From: an uncultured Planctomycetaceae bacterium
Lineage (GTDB): Bacteria > Planctomycetota > Planctomycetia > Planctomycetales > Planctomycetaceae
DNA length: 64,000 nucleotides
NCBI GenBank assembly: GCA_963815195.1
Contig: CAWFGE010000013.1
Location: 576,001-640,000 of the forward strand
Direction: 5' to 3'
Part shown: positions 21,121-31,430 of the stretch, in pieces
Numbering within the stretch: the stretch's first letter is position 1
How the letters are laid out: each line of letters starts with the position of its first letter
Notes under the pieces: generated by a model
Database searches by the model: none
What the model saw: the letters and a program-made list of their open reading frames with translations, nothing else
Told to the model about the DNA's origin: nothing
Position numbers and translations under genes: made by a program

Positions 21121-22140
21121 TCAGTGGCTGCCCGCGTGGTGGACCTGTCGGCCGAAGATCATGCGGCCGGCGCTGCTTTGGAGCATGCTGGTGACGATCA
21201 CGTCGATCTCTTTGCCGATGAGGTGCTGGGCCTGTTCGCAGACGACCATCGTGCCGTCGTCGAGATAGCCCACGCCCTGGCCGGCGGATTCGCCTTCTTT
21301 CATGATGCGGATCTGCACGCGCTCGCCGGGCAGGTAACGGGGCTTGAGCGAATTGGCCACGTCGTTCAAATTGATCACATCCACGCCTTGGACGCTGGCG
21401 ACTTTGTTGAGGTTGAAATCGTTGGTCACCACGCGGCCGCCCAGTTCTTTGGCCAAGAGCACGAGCCGCTGATCGACCGACAAACCGTCGCTGCCGCCCT
21501 CGGGCGTGTCGTGCATCCGCACCTCGGCGTTGGGGCTGTTTTGGAGTTTGCTCAAGACATCGAGACCCCGCCGGCCCCGCGTGCGGCGCATTTTGTCGTT
21601 GCTGTCGGCGATGTCCTGAATCTCATGCAGCACGAACTGCGGCACGACGAGTTGGGCATCGATAATTTTCGTGTCCATCACGTCGGCGATCCGGCCGTCG
21701 ATCAGGGCGCTGCTGTCCAGAACCAGCGGCTTCCCGCCTTTGAGTTCGCGGGAAAACTCGACGTAGGGAATCGCAAACCGAAAATCATCCTTGGTTTGCA
21801 ACAGGAGCGAAATGCAGAAATAGGGGAGAACGAGCGCCGCGAGCATCCCCACCGGTTCGCGGAAGGAGGGATCCAAAATCGGGCCGAGGGCGAGCATCAG
21901 CAAGTAGCTGAGCAGATACCCGATCATCAGGCCGAAATACACCGCCGAGATGATCTCGATGCGCTTCTTTCCGATCAAGAGATCGACGATCGTCGCGGCC
22001 TGCGTGATGAGCATCAACACGAAAAACGCCACAAGCGGGTGCTCTTGCACGATGGTGGGCTGCGGATTGCGGCTGACGTAAGTCGCAATCGCCCCGGCAC
22101 ATACGGACGCAAACACGACTCGAATAACCAACAGGAGCAT
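21121..22140 (-). CDS. Membrane PIN/TRAM domain protein (YacL-like)
   Basis: Four N-terminal TM helices; [52 protein letters not shown]. Confidence 0.92.
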   Translation of the reverse strand: MLLLVIRVVFASVCAGAIATYVSRNPQPTIVQEHPLVAFFVLMLITQAATIVDLLIGKKRIEIISAVYFGLMIGYLLSYLLMLALGPILDPSFREPVGMLAALVLPYFCISLLLQTKDDFRFAIPYVEFSRELKGGKPLVLDSSALIDGRIADVMDTKIIDAQLVVPQFVLHEIQDIADSNDKMRRTRGRRGLDVLSKLQNSPNAEVRMHDTPEGGSDGLSVDQRLVLLAKELGGRVVTNDFNLNKVASVQGVDVINLNDVANSLKPRYLPGERVQIRIMKEGESAGQGVGYLDDGTMVVCEQAQHLIGKEIDVIVTSMLQSSAGRMIFGRQVHHAGSH

Positions 22141-22250
22141 GGCGGAGTTCTGTTTTCCTTCGGAGGATGTTCAAATCGACGGGCAAGGTTTCATCATAGG
22201 AGACAACTCGACAGAATGCCAGAATCGAACGCGCGGAAATTTCGCCCGGC

Positions 22251-23663
22251 TCACGGTTTTTTCCGCCGATCGTGGACGCTTTTTTCCGGGACGGTCAAAC
22301 ACCCCCACCTGAGGCTTTGGTCCTGCGTGTAGTTTTTCCCTAAGGTGAGAGCGGTCACGGCCTTGGCGAGTTCGTAGCCCAAATAAAATGCGTGCGCGGC
22401 ATTCACGGGCGAATCTTGGGTGAAGGCGTCGAACAATTCGAACGCGTCCGTGCCCTTCCAGTAGCCGTCGCGGTTCATCACATGGATTTGATCCCCTTCG
22501 ACGAAGATGCGGAAGTTGGGATCGGTCAACTTCGCCGCGAGTCGGGCCAGTTCTTCTTCCGCCGGATCGGCCAGGCGGGGATCGCGGAGCATCACCAGCG
22601 AGGAATCGACATGCTTGGGTAGTTGGCGTTGCGTGACGGCGTAATGCACCAGCCGCCGGGCCAAGTCGAATTCCCGCACCGCGGTCCTGGCCCAGTTGAT
22701 GACTTCGGTCGTGAGGATGCTGCGGATATTCAATTCCTCGCAGATCGCGGCGAGCAGCACGTTGACGCCCGCGGTGTCCACTTCGGTGAGTTCCGTGAGA
22801 TTGCCCACGCCCATCAGGATTTCGCAGTCCGGCCATTGCTTTCGCACGGCATAATACCGCGAAAGGGACTCGGCAAACCCGAAACCGATCGGCTCCAGAA
22901 CCGGGTCCAACCGGAACCGGCAACCGCGTTCGCTCAAGTACGCCACGGTCTCTTCGAGGCTGCGGAGGTCGCGGGGATCGTCGGGGATCACGACCAACTC
23001 GGCCCCTAACTCCGCGGCCCAGGTTTTATTGATGCTATTGCAGCTCAGCACCAGCTCGGCCCCGTTCTCGACGGCGGCTTCGACTTCCTCGCGGTCAAAG
23101 CTGTCGATCGAAACGCGAAACCCCGCTTCACAAAGCCGGCGGGTGACGTGGCCCGCATTGTTCCAGCGTTCGCCCGGCACAGAGCCCAGATCGATCACAT
23201 CCGCCCCCGATTCGCGAAAGCGTTCGGCCCACGCGAACAGCTCTTTTTCGCTGAGATGCGGCGCGTGGTTGATCTCCGCGAGGATTTCGATGGTGTATTC
23301 TTCAAGCGAAACGGCGGGGCGCTTTCCGCGGCCGAAGAATTCCGGCAGGTCGTGGAGATCTTTGGGGCCGAGCTCAAACGGCGTTTGAAACCGGTCTTCC
23401 AAGGGTTTCAGATCCCCCTGGCACCAACCGGGCAGAACGACGCGGTCGAATTCTCCGGGCAGCGTGAGTTTGCGGGCGACCCAATCGGCGTGCATCAATG
23501 CGGCCACGCTGATGCCGAGGACGCGGACTTCGTAGTCCATTCCGAGCTCTTTCGCGAGCGGTTCCAGCACCCGCCGGAGTGCGAACTCCGCCAGCCGCCC
23601 GGTGACAAACAGCACGCGGTCGGGCGCCGGTTTGTCATCAGGAATTCGAGAAGAAGCGGCCAT
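22251..23663 (-). CDS. Dihydropteroate synthase-like protein (Orf20-type, tetrahydromethanopterin-linked; C-terminal DUF4346-like)
   Basis: LFVTGRLAE..L; GISVAALM; GPKDL.DLP; GADVIDLG; SIDS; MGVGNLTELTEVD; HAFYLGYELAKA. Confidence 0.8.
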   Translation of the reverse strand: MAASSRIPDDKPAPDRVLFVTGRLAEFALRRVLEPLAKELGMDYEVRVLGISVAALMHADWVARKLTLPGEFDRVVLPGWCQGDLKPLEDRFQTPFELGPKDLHDLPEFFGRGKRPAVSLEEYTIEILAEINHAPHLSEKELFAWAERFRESGADVIDLGSVPGERWNNAGHVTRRLCEAGFRVSIDSFDREEVEAAVENGAELVLSCNSINKTWAAELGAELVVIPDDPRDLRSLEETVAYLSERGCRFRLDPVLEPIGFGFAESLSRYYAVRKQWPDCEILMGVGNLTELTEVDTAGVNVLLAAICEELNIRSILTTEVINWARTAVREFDLARRLVHYAVTQRQLPKHVDSSLVMLRDPRLADPAEEELARLAAKLTDPNFRIFVEGDQIHVMNRDGYWKGTDAFELFDAFTQDSPVNAAHAFYLGYELAKAVTALTLGKNYTQDQSLRWGCLTVPEKSVHDRRKKP

Positions 23664-23674
23664 CGCAGACTCGA

Positions 23675-24037
23675 TTACGACTTGCTCCGCGCGGCTTGGA
23701 CTTCGGGCAGAGGGTATTCGGCAATGGGAATGGAGAGTGCCGCGACTTCCTGCAAGCGCCGCCAGCCGCGGGTCATCAGGTTTTCTCGCTCGCGGACGAA
23801 CTCGGCATCGAGCTGTCGTTTGTCGAACGGTCCGTCGATTGCCACCGGATCGAATTCTTCATCCACGATGAACTGGGCCTGCGTGGGGTTGCAGCGAAGA
23901 TGCCGTTCCGGGGCGGTGAGTAGCGCGCGGCCGTCGATCTCGCCGATCACATAGCGGAGATACAAATCGCTGTTGGTGATGTCCTCGACCTCTTCGCCGC
24001 ACACCTCGCATAAATAACCTTGTTCACATCGTGCCAT
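23675..24037 (-). CDS. Small conserved hypothetical protein with Cys/His cluster (possible metal binding)
   Basis: MARCEQGYLCEVCG..ERHLRCNP; ends 11 bp before the DHPS-like gene, same strand. Confidence 0.75.
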   Translation of the reverse strand: MARCEQGYLCEVCGEEVEDITNSDLYLRYVIGEIDGRALLTAPERHLRCNPTQAQFIVDEEFDPVAIDGPFDKRQLDAEFVRERENLMTRGWRRLQEVAALSIPIAEYPLPEVQAARSKS

Positions 24038-24134
24038 GTTGACAGCTCACAGAAAAATCACGGTACGTTCACGGTCCGGTGTTATCATGGTTTTCCCTCG
24101 GTGATTTCACAAGGCGATTTCTGCGGGCGGGTCA

Positions 24135-25548
24135 TCAGCGACTCGATGGCGCGGGCGGAATCTGCGTGTGCCACGCGGTTTGGTTTTGAAGCTGTTGCGC
24201 GATGGCCAACAGGCGGTTTTCCTCAAAGGCTCGGCCCAGAAGGTTCAAAGCCGTCGGCAGGTGCTCTTCGCCGAAGCCGTTGGGCAGGCTGACGGCCGGC
24301 AGGCCCGAAATGTTTCCCGCTGCGCTCACTTCGCAATTATGGAATTCGCGGCCGTAACTGGAGAACGTTCGATCCGCGGGCGGGGCGACGGTTTCCTCGG
24401 TGGGCGAAACGAGGGCGTCGTACGGTTTTAGGAGCCGATCCATCTCCCGCTGGATCACGCCCCGGACCCGCATGGCCCGCAAATAGTCCACGGCCGGGAT
24501 GACCTGCGGACCGAACGCGCCCCAGCGGTCTTCCTCGGCGGTCATTTCCCAGACGGCCCGCGATTCCAGCAATTCCTCAAACGCCGAGGCCATCTCGCAG
24601 GAGATCACCAGCCCCGCGACTTCGTTGTACGGAAAATCCGGGAGTTCGACCTCTTCTATTGTTCCACACTCTTTGAGAAGTTCGAGCGAGGCTGCGTAGT
24701 TCTTGGCGACCTCCGGCTGCAAGCCTTTGGCCACATCCTTCACCGCGGCGAACCGAAAGGGACCGCTGACGGGTTTTTTCGGCGGGAATTGATAAGGCCG
24801 CGAGAGGGACGTCGCGTCGCGCGGGTCGCGGCCGGCGATCGCGGACAGCACGAGGCCGCAGTCTTCGGCCGAGCGGGCCATCGGTCCGAGTTTGTCCATC
24901 GTCCAGCTCAACGCCATCGCCCCGTGCCGGCTCACGCGGCCGTACGTGGGCCGGAGCCCCGTGACGCCGCAGTATGCCGAGGGAGCCATGATCGACCCCC
25001 ATGTTTCCGACCCGATGGCAAACGGGACCAGCCCGGCTGCGACCGCCGCCCCGGACCCCGAAGACGATCCCCCGGCCCAGCGGCCGGTGTTCCAAGGGTT
25101 TCGCGGGACCGGTGAAGGAGGCGTTCGGCTGCCGATACCCCAAACCGCCCGCGACTTCCACCATCGCCAGCTTCGCCACCAAGACCGCCCCGGCGTCGTG
25201 CAGTTTGGTAATGACGGCCGCATCCCGCCGGGGAATGCGGTTTTTGTTCGGGGCGGCTCCCCAGGTTGTGGGAATGCCCGCCGTGTCCAGCAAATCCTTG
25301 GCTCCGTAGGGAATGCCATGCAGCGGCCCGCGGTCTTTGCCGGCGGCGAGTTCCTCGTCGGCCCTGCGGGCTTGTTGGCGGGCGAGGTCGGGCGTCAATG
25401 TGACCACGGCATTGAGCTTGGGGCCGATCTGTTCCAGGCGATTCAAAACGAATTCCGCCAACTCGACCGCGGAGAATTTCCCCGCCCGCCACGCTGAGCC
25501 CAATTCGCGAACGGAAACAAACGCCAAGGATTCCGGCAGCTCGGCCAT
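24135..25548 (-). CDS. Amidase signature family protein (apparent frameshift near 25100)
   Basis: RGPLHGIPYGAKDL in one frame; NPWN..GGSSSGS, GSETWGSI, GLRPTYGRVSR in the next; GGGGAGG RBS before ATG 25548. Confidence 0.88.
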
Positions 25549-25552
25549 ACGC

Positions 25553-25921
25553 TCAATCCTCCCCGCGATAGGCCGCGAACAAGGCGGCCGGTTCGTCGGC
25601 ATTCGTCAGAGGAACGGCCTTGATCGCGGCGGCCCGGCGGAGTTCGTGGCGGATGTCGCGGCGGATGTCCTCCAGAATCGGCCGCGTGAGTTTTCGGTCC
25701 GGATACAGTTGCCGAACGACTTCCAACAGTAGCAAATCCACGGGAATGGATTCGGGTGGAATCGGCTCGGCGATCGCGGGTTCTGGTTTCTCGGCCGCCG
25801 CATCCGCAGCCTCCTCCCCCCGAGAAACCCCGGCGGGTTGGAACAGCGACAGCGAACCGAGGGCCGTGGTGAGCGCGGCTTTCTTTCCGAAGTCTCTGCG
25901 GTTCAGCTCCGAATGCGGCAT
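25553..25921 (-). CDS. Tat-signal small protein, GatC/AtzG-like putative amidase partner
   Basis: NRRDFGKK plus hydrophobic stretch; C-terminal helix ending AVPLTNADEPAALF; 4 bp upstream of the amidase ATG. Confidence 0.65.
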   Translation of the reverse strand: MPHSELNRRDFGKKAALTTALGSLSLFQPAGVSRGEEAADAAAEKPEPAIAEPIPPESIPVDLLLLEVVRQLYPDRKLTRPILEDIRRDIRHELRRAAAIKAVPLTNADEPAALFAAYRGED

Positions 25922-26125
25922 CAGACGCGGCTTTCATTCAAGGAACTCGGCGGGTCGATTTCATTCGTCCGATTGTACGCGGTTCCGCCGTGGAATTCAC
26001 TCGGGATGGAAATCCCGATTTTTCGGCATGAGGCGGTTGCGCTCTTCCGCAAGGTGGCACGCTTGGTAAACTCCACGAAAGAAAACGTCCCGAATTATTT
26101 TCTCACTAAACCATCGGACGACGCA

Positions 26126-26836
26126 ATGCAGTTTCCGCGGCACACGTCTTCCCGCATCGTCTATCTTCTACTGCTGGCCATCGCGCTAACAGGCTGCGGA
26201 GCGGATGAAAAAACAACCGAGGCCCCAGCGAACAAAAGCCAACCGCCGCCTGCGAAGAATTCCCCGTTCGTCCCGGTGAGTTTTCAGCCGCAGGCGAATG
26301 TCGCGGTCACGGATCTGGAGGGCTTGCCTTCGGGTTCGCAGAACCTCGGCGGCGTGGATTATCGAATCGATCCCAAATTGCTCCACTTGGGCAGCAGCGT
26401 TTTTCCGGATTACCCCAAGGAACGAACCGGCATCTCCGTGGGAAAGACCTGCCGGGCGATTCATTTTTTGCACTCATCGCAGGGCGGAGCCTTTACGCAA
26501 CCGGGGCATCCCAAGCACGAAAACGACGGCGTGGAAATCGGCCGCTATGTGATGCATTACGCGGATGGGAGCGAAGAGACGTTTCCGATCATTTACGGCC
26601 GGGAGCTGCGCGGCTGGTGGGATTGGGACAACAACGCCCCCACCACCAACAGCCAGATCGTCTGGACCGGAAACAACCCCGAAGCCGGCAAGTATCGCCG
26701 AAAAATTCGCCTGTATTGGGCCGTCTGGGAAAACCCGTATCCCGAAAAGCCGATTGAAACGATCGACTTTGTTTCCTCGGGCGCGAAAGCTGCCCCGTTC
26801 TGCCTGGCGATGACGCTGGAAGTGCCTCAAAAATAA
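26126..26836 (+). CDS. Putative lipoprotein with a beta-rich domain of unknown function
   Basis: Lipobox LTGC after hydrophobic stretch; IGRYVMHYADG, WENPYPEKPIETIDF. Confidence 0.7.
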   Translation: MQFPRHTSSRIVYLLLLAIALTGCGADEKTTEAPANKSQPPPAKNSPFVPVSFQPQANVAVTDLEGLPSGSQNLGGVDYRIDPKLLHLGSSVFPDYPKERTGISVGKTCRAIHFLHSSQGGAFTQPGHPKHENDGVEIGRYVMHYADGSEETFPIIYGRELRGWWDWDNNAPTTNSQIVWTGNNPEAGKYRRKIRLYWAVWENPYPEKPIETIDFVSSGAKAAPFCLAMTLEVPQK

Positions 26837-27639
26837 TCGCTACCGTGCCGCTTTGGATCGAAGTGATATAGAAAAATCCCCGCGGCGACCGCGACATTGA
26901 GCGAATCGGTCCCGCCGCGCATGGGGATCGTGATTTGACGATCGCTCATTTCAATCCAGTCTTCGCTCAAACCTTCCCCTTCGTTGCCGAAGACCAGCAC
27001 GCTTCGCGAAGCGGGACGGACCTTATCGAGCGGCTCCGCGTCGTCGCGCAAAACGGTCGCGAACAGCGACACATCATGCACCCCCCGCAGCCGGGAGAGT
27101 TCACTTTTGAGGTCGGCCGATTCCAGCACCGGCAGCCGAAACACGTTCCCCATCGAAACCCGCACGGTCCGGCGGGAATAGGGATCGGCGCAACCGGTCT
27201 CCAACAACAGCGCCGTCACGCAGAACGCCGTCGAGAGCCGGATTATTGCCGCCAGATTCACCGGATCCGTGACCCGCGAGCACGCGGCCATCGTGAATCG
27301 CGGCGGCGCCTCCTGGAATAGCCTTTCGAGCGAAGGAGCCAGGGGACGTTCCGCGGAGGCCAACACGCCTTGATGAAACCGGAACCCCACGAGTTGATTC
27401 AGTAAAGAATTCGGGAGCACATACGCGGGCACATCGGCGGAGATCTGCGGGGCCAGCGTGTCCCATTGATCCTCGACCACGAGCAGCGAGTGGATTTTAA
27501 GATCGCTGGTGAATAGGCGCTCCACCACAAGCCGGCCTTCCGCGATGAACCGGTGCGACCAGCGGGTGAGGTTCGTGGTTTTGAGCGAACGATAATCCGC
27601 CAACCGCGGATCGTCTAAAGAGTCCAGCCGAATCATCAT
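26827..27639 (-). CDS. TrmH/SpoU family RNA methyltransferase
   Basis: FIAEG; DPVNLAAIIR; RVSMG; VFGNEGEGLS; IPM..GTDSLNVAVAAGI. Confidence 0.93.
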   Translation of the reverse strand: MMIRLDSLDDPRLADYRSLKTTNLTRWSHRFIAEGRLVVERLFTSDLKIHSLLVVEDQWDTLAPQISADVPAYVLPNSLLNQLVGFRFHQGVLASAERPLAPSLERLFQEAPPRFTMAACSRVTDPVNLAAIIRLSTAFCVTALLLETGCADPYSRRTVRVSMGNVFRLPVLESADLKSELSRLRGVHDVSLFATVLRDDAEPLDKVRPASRSVLVFGNEGEGLSEDWIEMSDRQITIPMRGGTDSLNVAVAAGIFLYHFDPKRHGSDYF

Positions 27640-27788
27640 GGGCTTTGACTGCGAGACTGCGGGCTCCAGTATTTTCGAATCGGCTCGAAAGCCATTTTGA
27701 CCACGGCCAATCGAAATTCAACTCGATGACGCAATCTATTGCAAATTACACACGATGCACATACAATAATAGTAGATACAAAATTTGC

Positions 27789-28361
27789 ATGTTCTATTCT
27801 GGAATGTCGTTTTTGCCCGTTTCTGGATCCACAAAACTGGTGCATTATGGTGACGATTTGCGCGATGATTTTGTAAACGATCGGCAAGGCCGAACTTTTA
27901 CGGATGTCTGGGATGATTCGCAACAACCCTTTGCTGAGTTGGTCGTCTTCTTTGGTGATGAGAACCGGCAGCGACGAATGGAAGAAGCGGAAACGCATCA
28001 TGATCGCCCGGCTTTGGCTGGCGTCGTGCGGGAGTTGGAGTCGCAACCGGCGATTGATGCGTTTCTCGCCACCGCTCAACCGCGTTACGCGAAACGCTTT
28101 CGCCAGGCCGTGGGTGTTCTCGTGCGGATGGTTATGGAAGCCCGCGGCTGGCGGAAAACCGGCCGCAAAGGATCCTTGGGAGTTCGCACCAAAGCCGACC
28201 CCAAAACCAATTCCGCCGGTGCCGCGCATAACACGGGGGGCTTGGCCTTCTGGTTTCTCCGGGCCGAACGCTATGAATCCGAGGACGGCTCGCCTTTTGC
28301 GACGGTGAAAGAACGGTGCGCCGCCTGGGGCTCGTCGCGGGAACCGACCGCGACCTCCTGA
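27789..28361 (+). CDS. Hypothetical protein (start uncertain)
   Basis: Protein-like composition from MFYSG/MSFLP onward; preceded by an AT-rich promoter-like tract. Confidence 0.65.
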   Translation: MFYSGMSFLPVSGSTKLVHYGDDLRDDFVNDRQGRTFTDVWDDSQQPFAELVVFFGDENRQRRMEEAETHHDRPALAGVVRELESQPAIDAFLATAQPRYAKRFRQAVGVLVRMVMEARGWRKTGRKGSLGVRTKADPKTNSAGAAHNTGGLAFWFLRAERYESEDGSPFATVKERCAAWGSSREPTATS

Positions 28362-28411
28362 CAGATCCACCAATTCATTTTTCGGCAAAGCCCCTTCCCA
28401 AGGAGACAATC

Positions 28412-28684
28412 ATGACCGCGAAAACTCAGATCCACGTGTGGGTCCGCTCTTTGGGAAACAGTTGCCGGATTCGTGTGGAAAGCGTGGAAACCGCCCATTG
28501 GCTGCTGAAACGTCTCACGGAGGAAAACGCCTTGCCAGGGCTTGAGCGAGTGGTCATCCAAGCGACCGAAACCGGCTGCCGATTCCAGATTCCCAATGCG
28601 ACTGAGCGAACGTTGGCGACGCTCGAATTGGCCCTCCGACAGATTCCCGAAGTGGAATTGATGCTCTCGCCGGAGGCGGTTTAG
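28412..28684 (+). CDS. Small hypothetical protein
   Basis: AAGGAG RBS before ATG 28412; 90 aa. Confidence 0.65.
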   Translation: MTAKTQIHVWVRSLGNSCRIRVESVETAHWLLKRLTEENALPGLERVVIQATETGCRFQIPNATERTLATLELALRQIPEVELMLSPEAV

Positions 28685-28757
28685 CGGTTAAGCGAAAGGG
28701 ATTTGTTCCCGACGGCCACCGCGGTTCAAAGATGATCGTCGAACGAGAGAGGACAGG

Positions 28758-29060
28758 ATGAACGCGAAGCGACCCGAGCCGCTGTATCCAGCCGTCATTC
28801 GCCCGATCTGCCCGGTTTGCGGTGACCCCAGTTATTCGCGTGCGGGCATTCATCCGCAATGCGCCCAACAAAAGGCGGATGCCAAACGCATGCAAGAAAT
28901 CAAAGCCAAACGAAAGGCCGCGCCCACGCAGAAGAAAATCGTCTCGCCGGAGGCGGTCAAATCGTGGCATAAGCGCTGCCCGAAATGCCGGACCGAGGTC
29001 CATATACGACGCTCATCCTGCGATTGCGGTTTTCAGTTTGGCAAACGGCGACCGGACTAG
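28758..29060 (+). CDS. Small basic double zinc-ribbon-like protein
   Basis: CPVC..HPQC and CPKC..CDC motifs; GAGGA RBS. Confidence 0.75.
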   Translation: MNAKRPEPLYPAVIRPICPVCGDPSYSRAGIHPQCAQQKADAKRMQEIKAKRKAAPTQKKIVSPEAVKSWHKRCPKCRTEVHIRRSSCDCGFQFGKRRPD

Positions 29061-29187
29061 GCTGTGTCCGGTGAATACCCACTCGCTTGACGCGCCAGCG
29101 AAAGACGGCACGTTTTGAAAAAATCCCTCGCTGGCGTTTCGGGCTCTTTAAGATCATCCTAGAATCCGATTCACCGGACACCGCCTA
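29058..29187. mobile_element. MITE-like element with 19-bp terminal inverted repeats enclosing a REP-like palindrome
   Basis: TAGGCTGTGTCCGGTGAAT (29058-29076) and ATTCACCGGACACCGCCTA (29169-29187) are 18/19 complementary; internal CCCTCGCTGGCGTTTCGGGCT. Confidence 0.7.
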
Positions 29188-29236
29188 ATCCCGGTGGCCC
29201 TCCGTGCCAACACGCCCTCTTTTTAGGCGATCCGCC

Positions 29237-30274
29237 ATGCAATTCCCTCTGGTCCCCCTGTTGGCGGCCGACGGTTTCCATACAACCGTGCTGGTGCTGT
29301 CCATCAGTTTGTTATTGGTGTTGTTCATCGGGCTGGCGGTTTTCATTCGTTATGTCGGGTTATGGGTTCAATGCCGGATGACCCGCGCGGACATTCCCCT
29401 CATCCAACTCATGTTGATGACGCTGCGGAAGGTCAATCCGTCGGTGATTGCGCATAGCAAGATCATGGCGGTCCAGTCGGGGATCACCAGCGTGTATCCC
29501 GTCTCCGCCCAGGCCTTGCAAGCCCATTATCTGGCGGGAGGAAACGTTCCCAACGTCATCCGAGCGCTGATTGCCGCGTACCGGGCCAATATCGAAATCG
29601 ACTGGCAGACGGCCCAGGCGATCGACCTGGCGGGACGGGATCTGCTCGATGCGGTTCGCACGAGTGTGAATCCCAAAGTCATCGACTGCCCCGATCCCTC
29701 CAAATCGAGAGGGCCGTTGGAAGCGATGGCCGGCGACGGAATCCAAGTAATGGTGCGGGCCCGCGTGACTGTCCGCTCGAACCTCAAACAACTCGTGGGC
29801 GGGGCGACCGAAGAAACGATTATCGCCCGCGTGGGGCAAGGCATTGTCCAGGCAATCGGTTTGACCTCGAATTACAAAACCGTGCTGGAAAATCCCGATC
29901 GCATCTCGAAACTCGTGCTGATGCAAGGCCTCGAAGCGCAAACGGCCTTCGAGATTGTGTCCATCGACATCGCGGACATCGACGTGGGGGAAAACATCGG
30001 CGCCCGATTGCAGGCCGAGCAGGCGGAGGCCGACATGCGGATCGCGGAAGCCAAGGCGGAGGAACAACGCGCCCAAGCGATGGCCCGCCGGCAGGAAATG
30101 CTGGCCCAGGTTCAGGAAAACCGGGCAAAGGTGGTTCTTGCGGAAGCCGAGATTCCGCGGGGAATCGCTGCCTCGCTCGTCGAACACCGGATGGGGCTGC
30201 TCGACTACTTCGACCTGCAAAACCTGAATGCCGATACGCAAATGCGGAACAGCATCGCCGCCGGAGGCTCTTGA
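29237..30274 (+). CDS. floA: Flotillin-like protein FloA (YqfA/UPF0365)
   Basis: N-terminal TM helix; LQAHYLAGGNV; AIDLAGRD; SVNPKVIDCP; LVGGATEETIIARVG; AFEIVSIDIADIDVGENIGARLQ. Confidence 0.92.
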   Translation: MQFPLVPLLAADGFHTTVLVLSISLLLVLFIGLAVFIRYVGLWVQCRMTRADIPLIQLMLMTLRKVNPSVIAHSKIMAVQSGITSVYPVSAQALQAHYLAGGNVPNVIRALIAAYRANIEIDWQTAQAIDLAGRDLLDAVRTSVNPKVIDCPDPSKSRGPLEAMAGDGIQVMVRARVTVRSNLKQLVGGATEETIIARVGQGIVQAIGLTSNYKTVLENPDRISKLVLMQGLEAQTAFEIVSIDIADIDVGENIGARLQAEQAEADMRIAEAKAEEQRAQAMARRQEMLAQVQENRAKVVLAEAEIPRGIAASLVEHRMGLLDYFDLQNLNADTQMRNSIAAGGS

Positions 30275-30427
30275 AAGAGCTTGAAAGAGTTGGAACACAC
30301 GCCGCCAGAAACTGCCTGAGGTGTGCGAAAACCGCCCGATCGATTCGCGGCCCCACTTTCCATTGAACCCCAGGAGAATTCTCTCGATCCGGCAAGTTCC
30401 TTTGAACTGGACATTGGCGGCGAACGC

Positions 30428-30550
30428 TAAGCCGGCTTTGGTGAATCGGATTTTGCGATGCTCTTCCATAGCCCGAAACGCCAGCGAGGGATTCTTCCCG
30501 CCAGTCCGATTCTCTCGCTGGCGTTTCGGGCTAGTAAATGATTCACTGGC
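30428..30550. repeat. Degenerate inverted copy of the 29058 element with a REP doublet
   Basis: GGTGAATCGGATT-N17-AGCCCGAAACGCCAGCGAGGGATT matches the reverse complement of the 29058 element; inverted arm TCTCTCGCTGGCGTTTCGGGCTA at 30511-30533. Confidence 0.75.
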
Positions 30551-30597
30551 GGCTGATTTTTTCAACTCGCCGAGAGATTGGCAGAAGAAGTCATCCC

Positions 30598-31350
30598 ATG
30601 CGAAATATGCTTGACACAATGTACCTCCATGTGGCGCAGATCGTCACATTCGCAAATGGAAACGCCTTAACGAATGCCACCGGGTTCTTTTATCTCCATC
30701 AGAAGTTTCTGTACTTGGTCACGGCGCGGCACGTCGTTCTCAATGAAGCGGTTCAGCATCGCCCCGATCGCCTGCAAGTTTCGCTGCACTCCGATCCGAA
30801 CGACCTCAGGCAATGCGGCGATCTCTCGATTCCATTATATGTGGATGGTGTGCCGCAATGGTATCAGCATCCCGAGTTCGATGCCGACGTGGCGGCGGTT
30901 GCCATCAATGATCCAACGGTGCTCAACAGCTATTTTCTCACCCCGTTCGGACCAGACGACATCATGAACAGCAATGAAGGAATGCCGTTGGGCCAGGATG
31001 TGCTGATCCTCGGTTTTCCTCTGGGCTTCCACGATACATTGAACAACTTGCCCATCGTGCGGAGCGCGACGATCGCCAGCTCTTTTGCGCATCCGTTCAA
31101 AGGCGAACCATACTTTCTTACGGACGCCCGGTTGCACCGCGGGATGAGCGGATCCCCCGTGATTTTTTTTCCGGAATCCGGCGATGAGCACACGGGGGAA
31201 TGGAGACTGCTCGGAATCCACACGTCCGCATTGGACGTCTCGAATCGGGATCCCGCTCAGGATGAACGACTCGCGCTTAATACAACGTGGTACGCTTCTC
31301 TCATTCCCGAAATGCTTCCCTCGCACGAGGACGCGAATGCCGATCCTTAA
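30598..31350 (+). CDS. Trypsin-like serine protease (no signal peptide)
   Basis: ATGFF; LVTARHV (His); DVAAV (Asp); GMSGSPV (Ser). Confidence 0.88.
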   Translation: MRNMLDTMYLHVAQIVTFANGNALTNATGFFYLHQKFLYLVTARHVVLNEAVQHRPDRLQVSLHSDPNDLRQCGDLSIPLYVDGVPQWYQHPEFDADVAAVAINDPTVLNSYFLTPFGPDDIMNSNEGMPLGQDVLILGFPLGFHDTLNNLPIVRSATIASSFAHPFKGEPYFLTDARLHRGMSGSPVIFFPESGDEHTGEWRLLGIHTSALDVSNRDPAQDERLALNTTWYASLIPEMLPSHEDANADP

Positions 31351-31430
31351 CGAAAATGCGTTTCTCACCGATTGGAAATCATGAATCTTGGTTTCCAGAG
31401 GCAGGCCGGGTCCGGCACACCACAACACCT

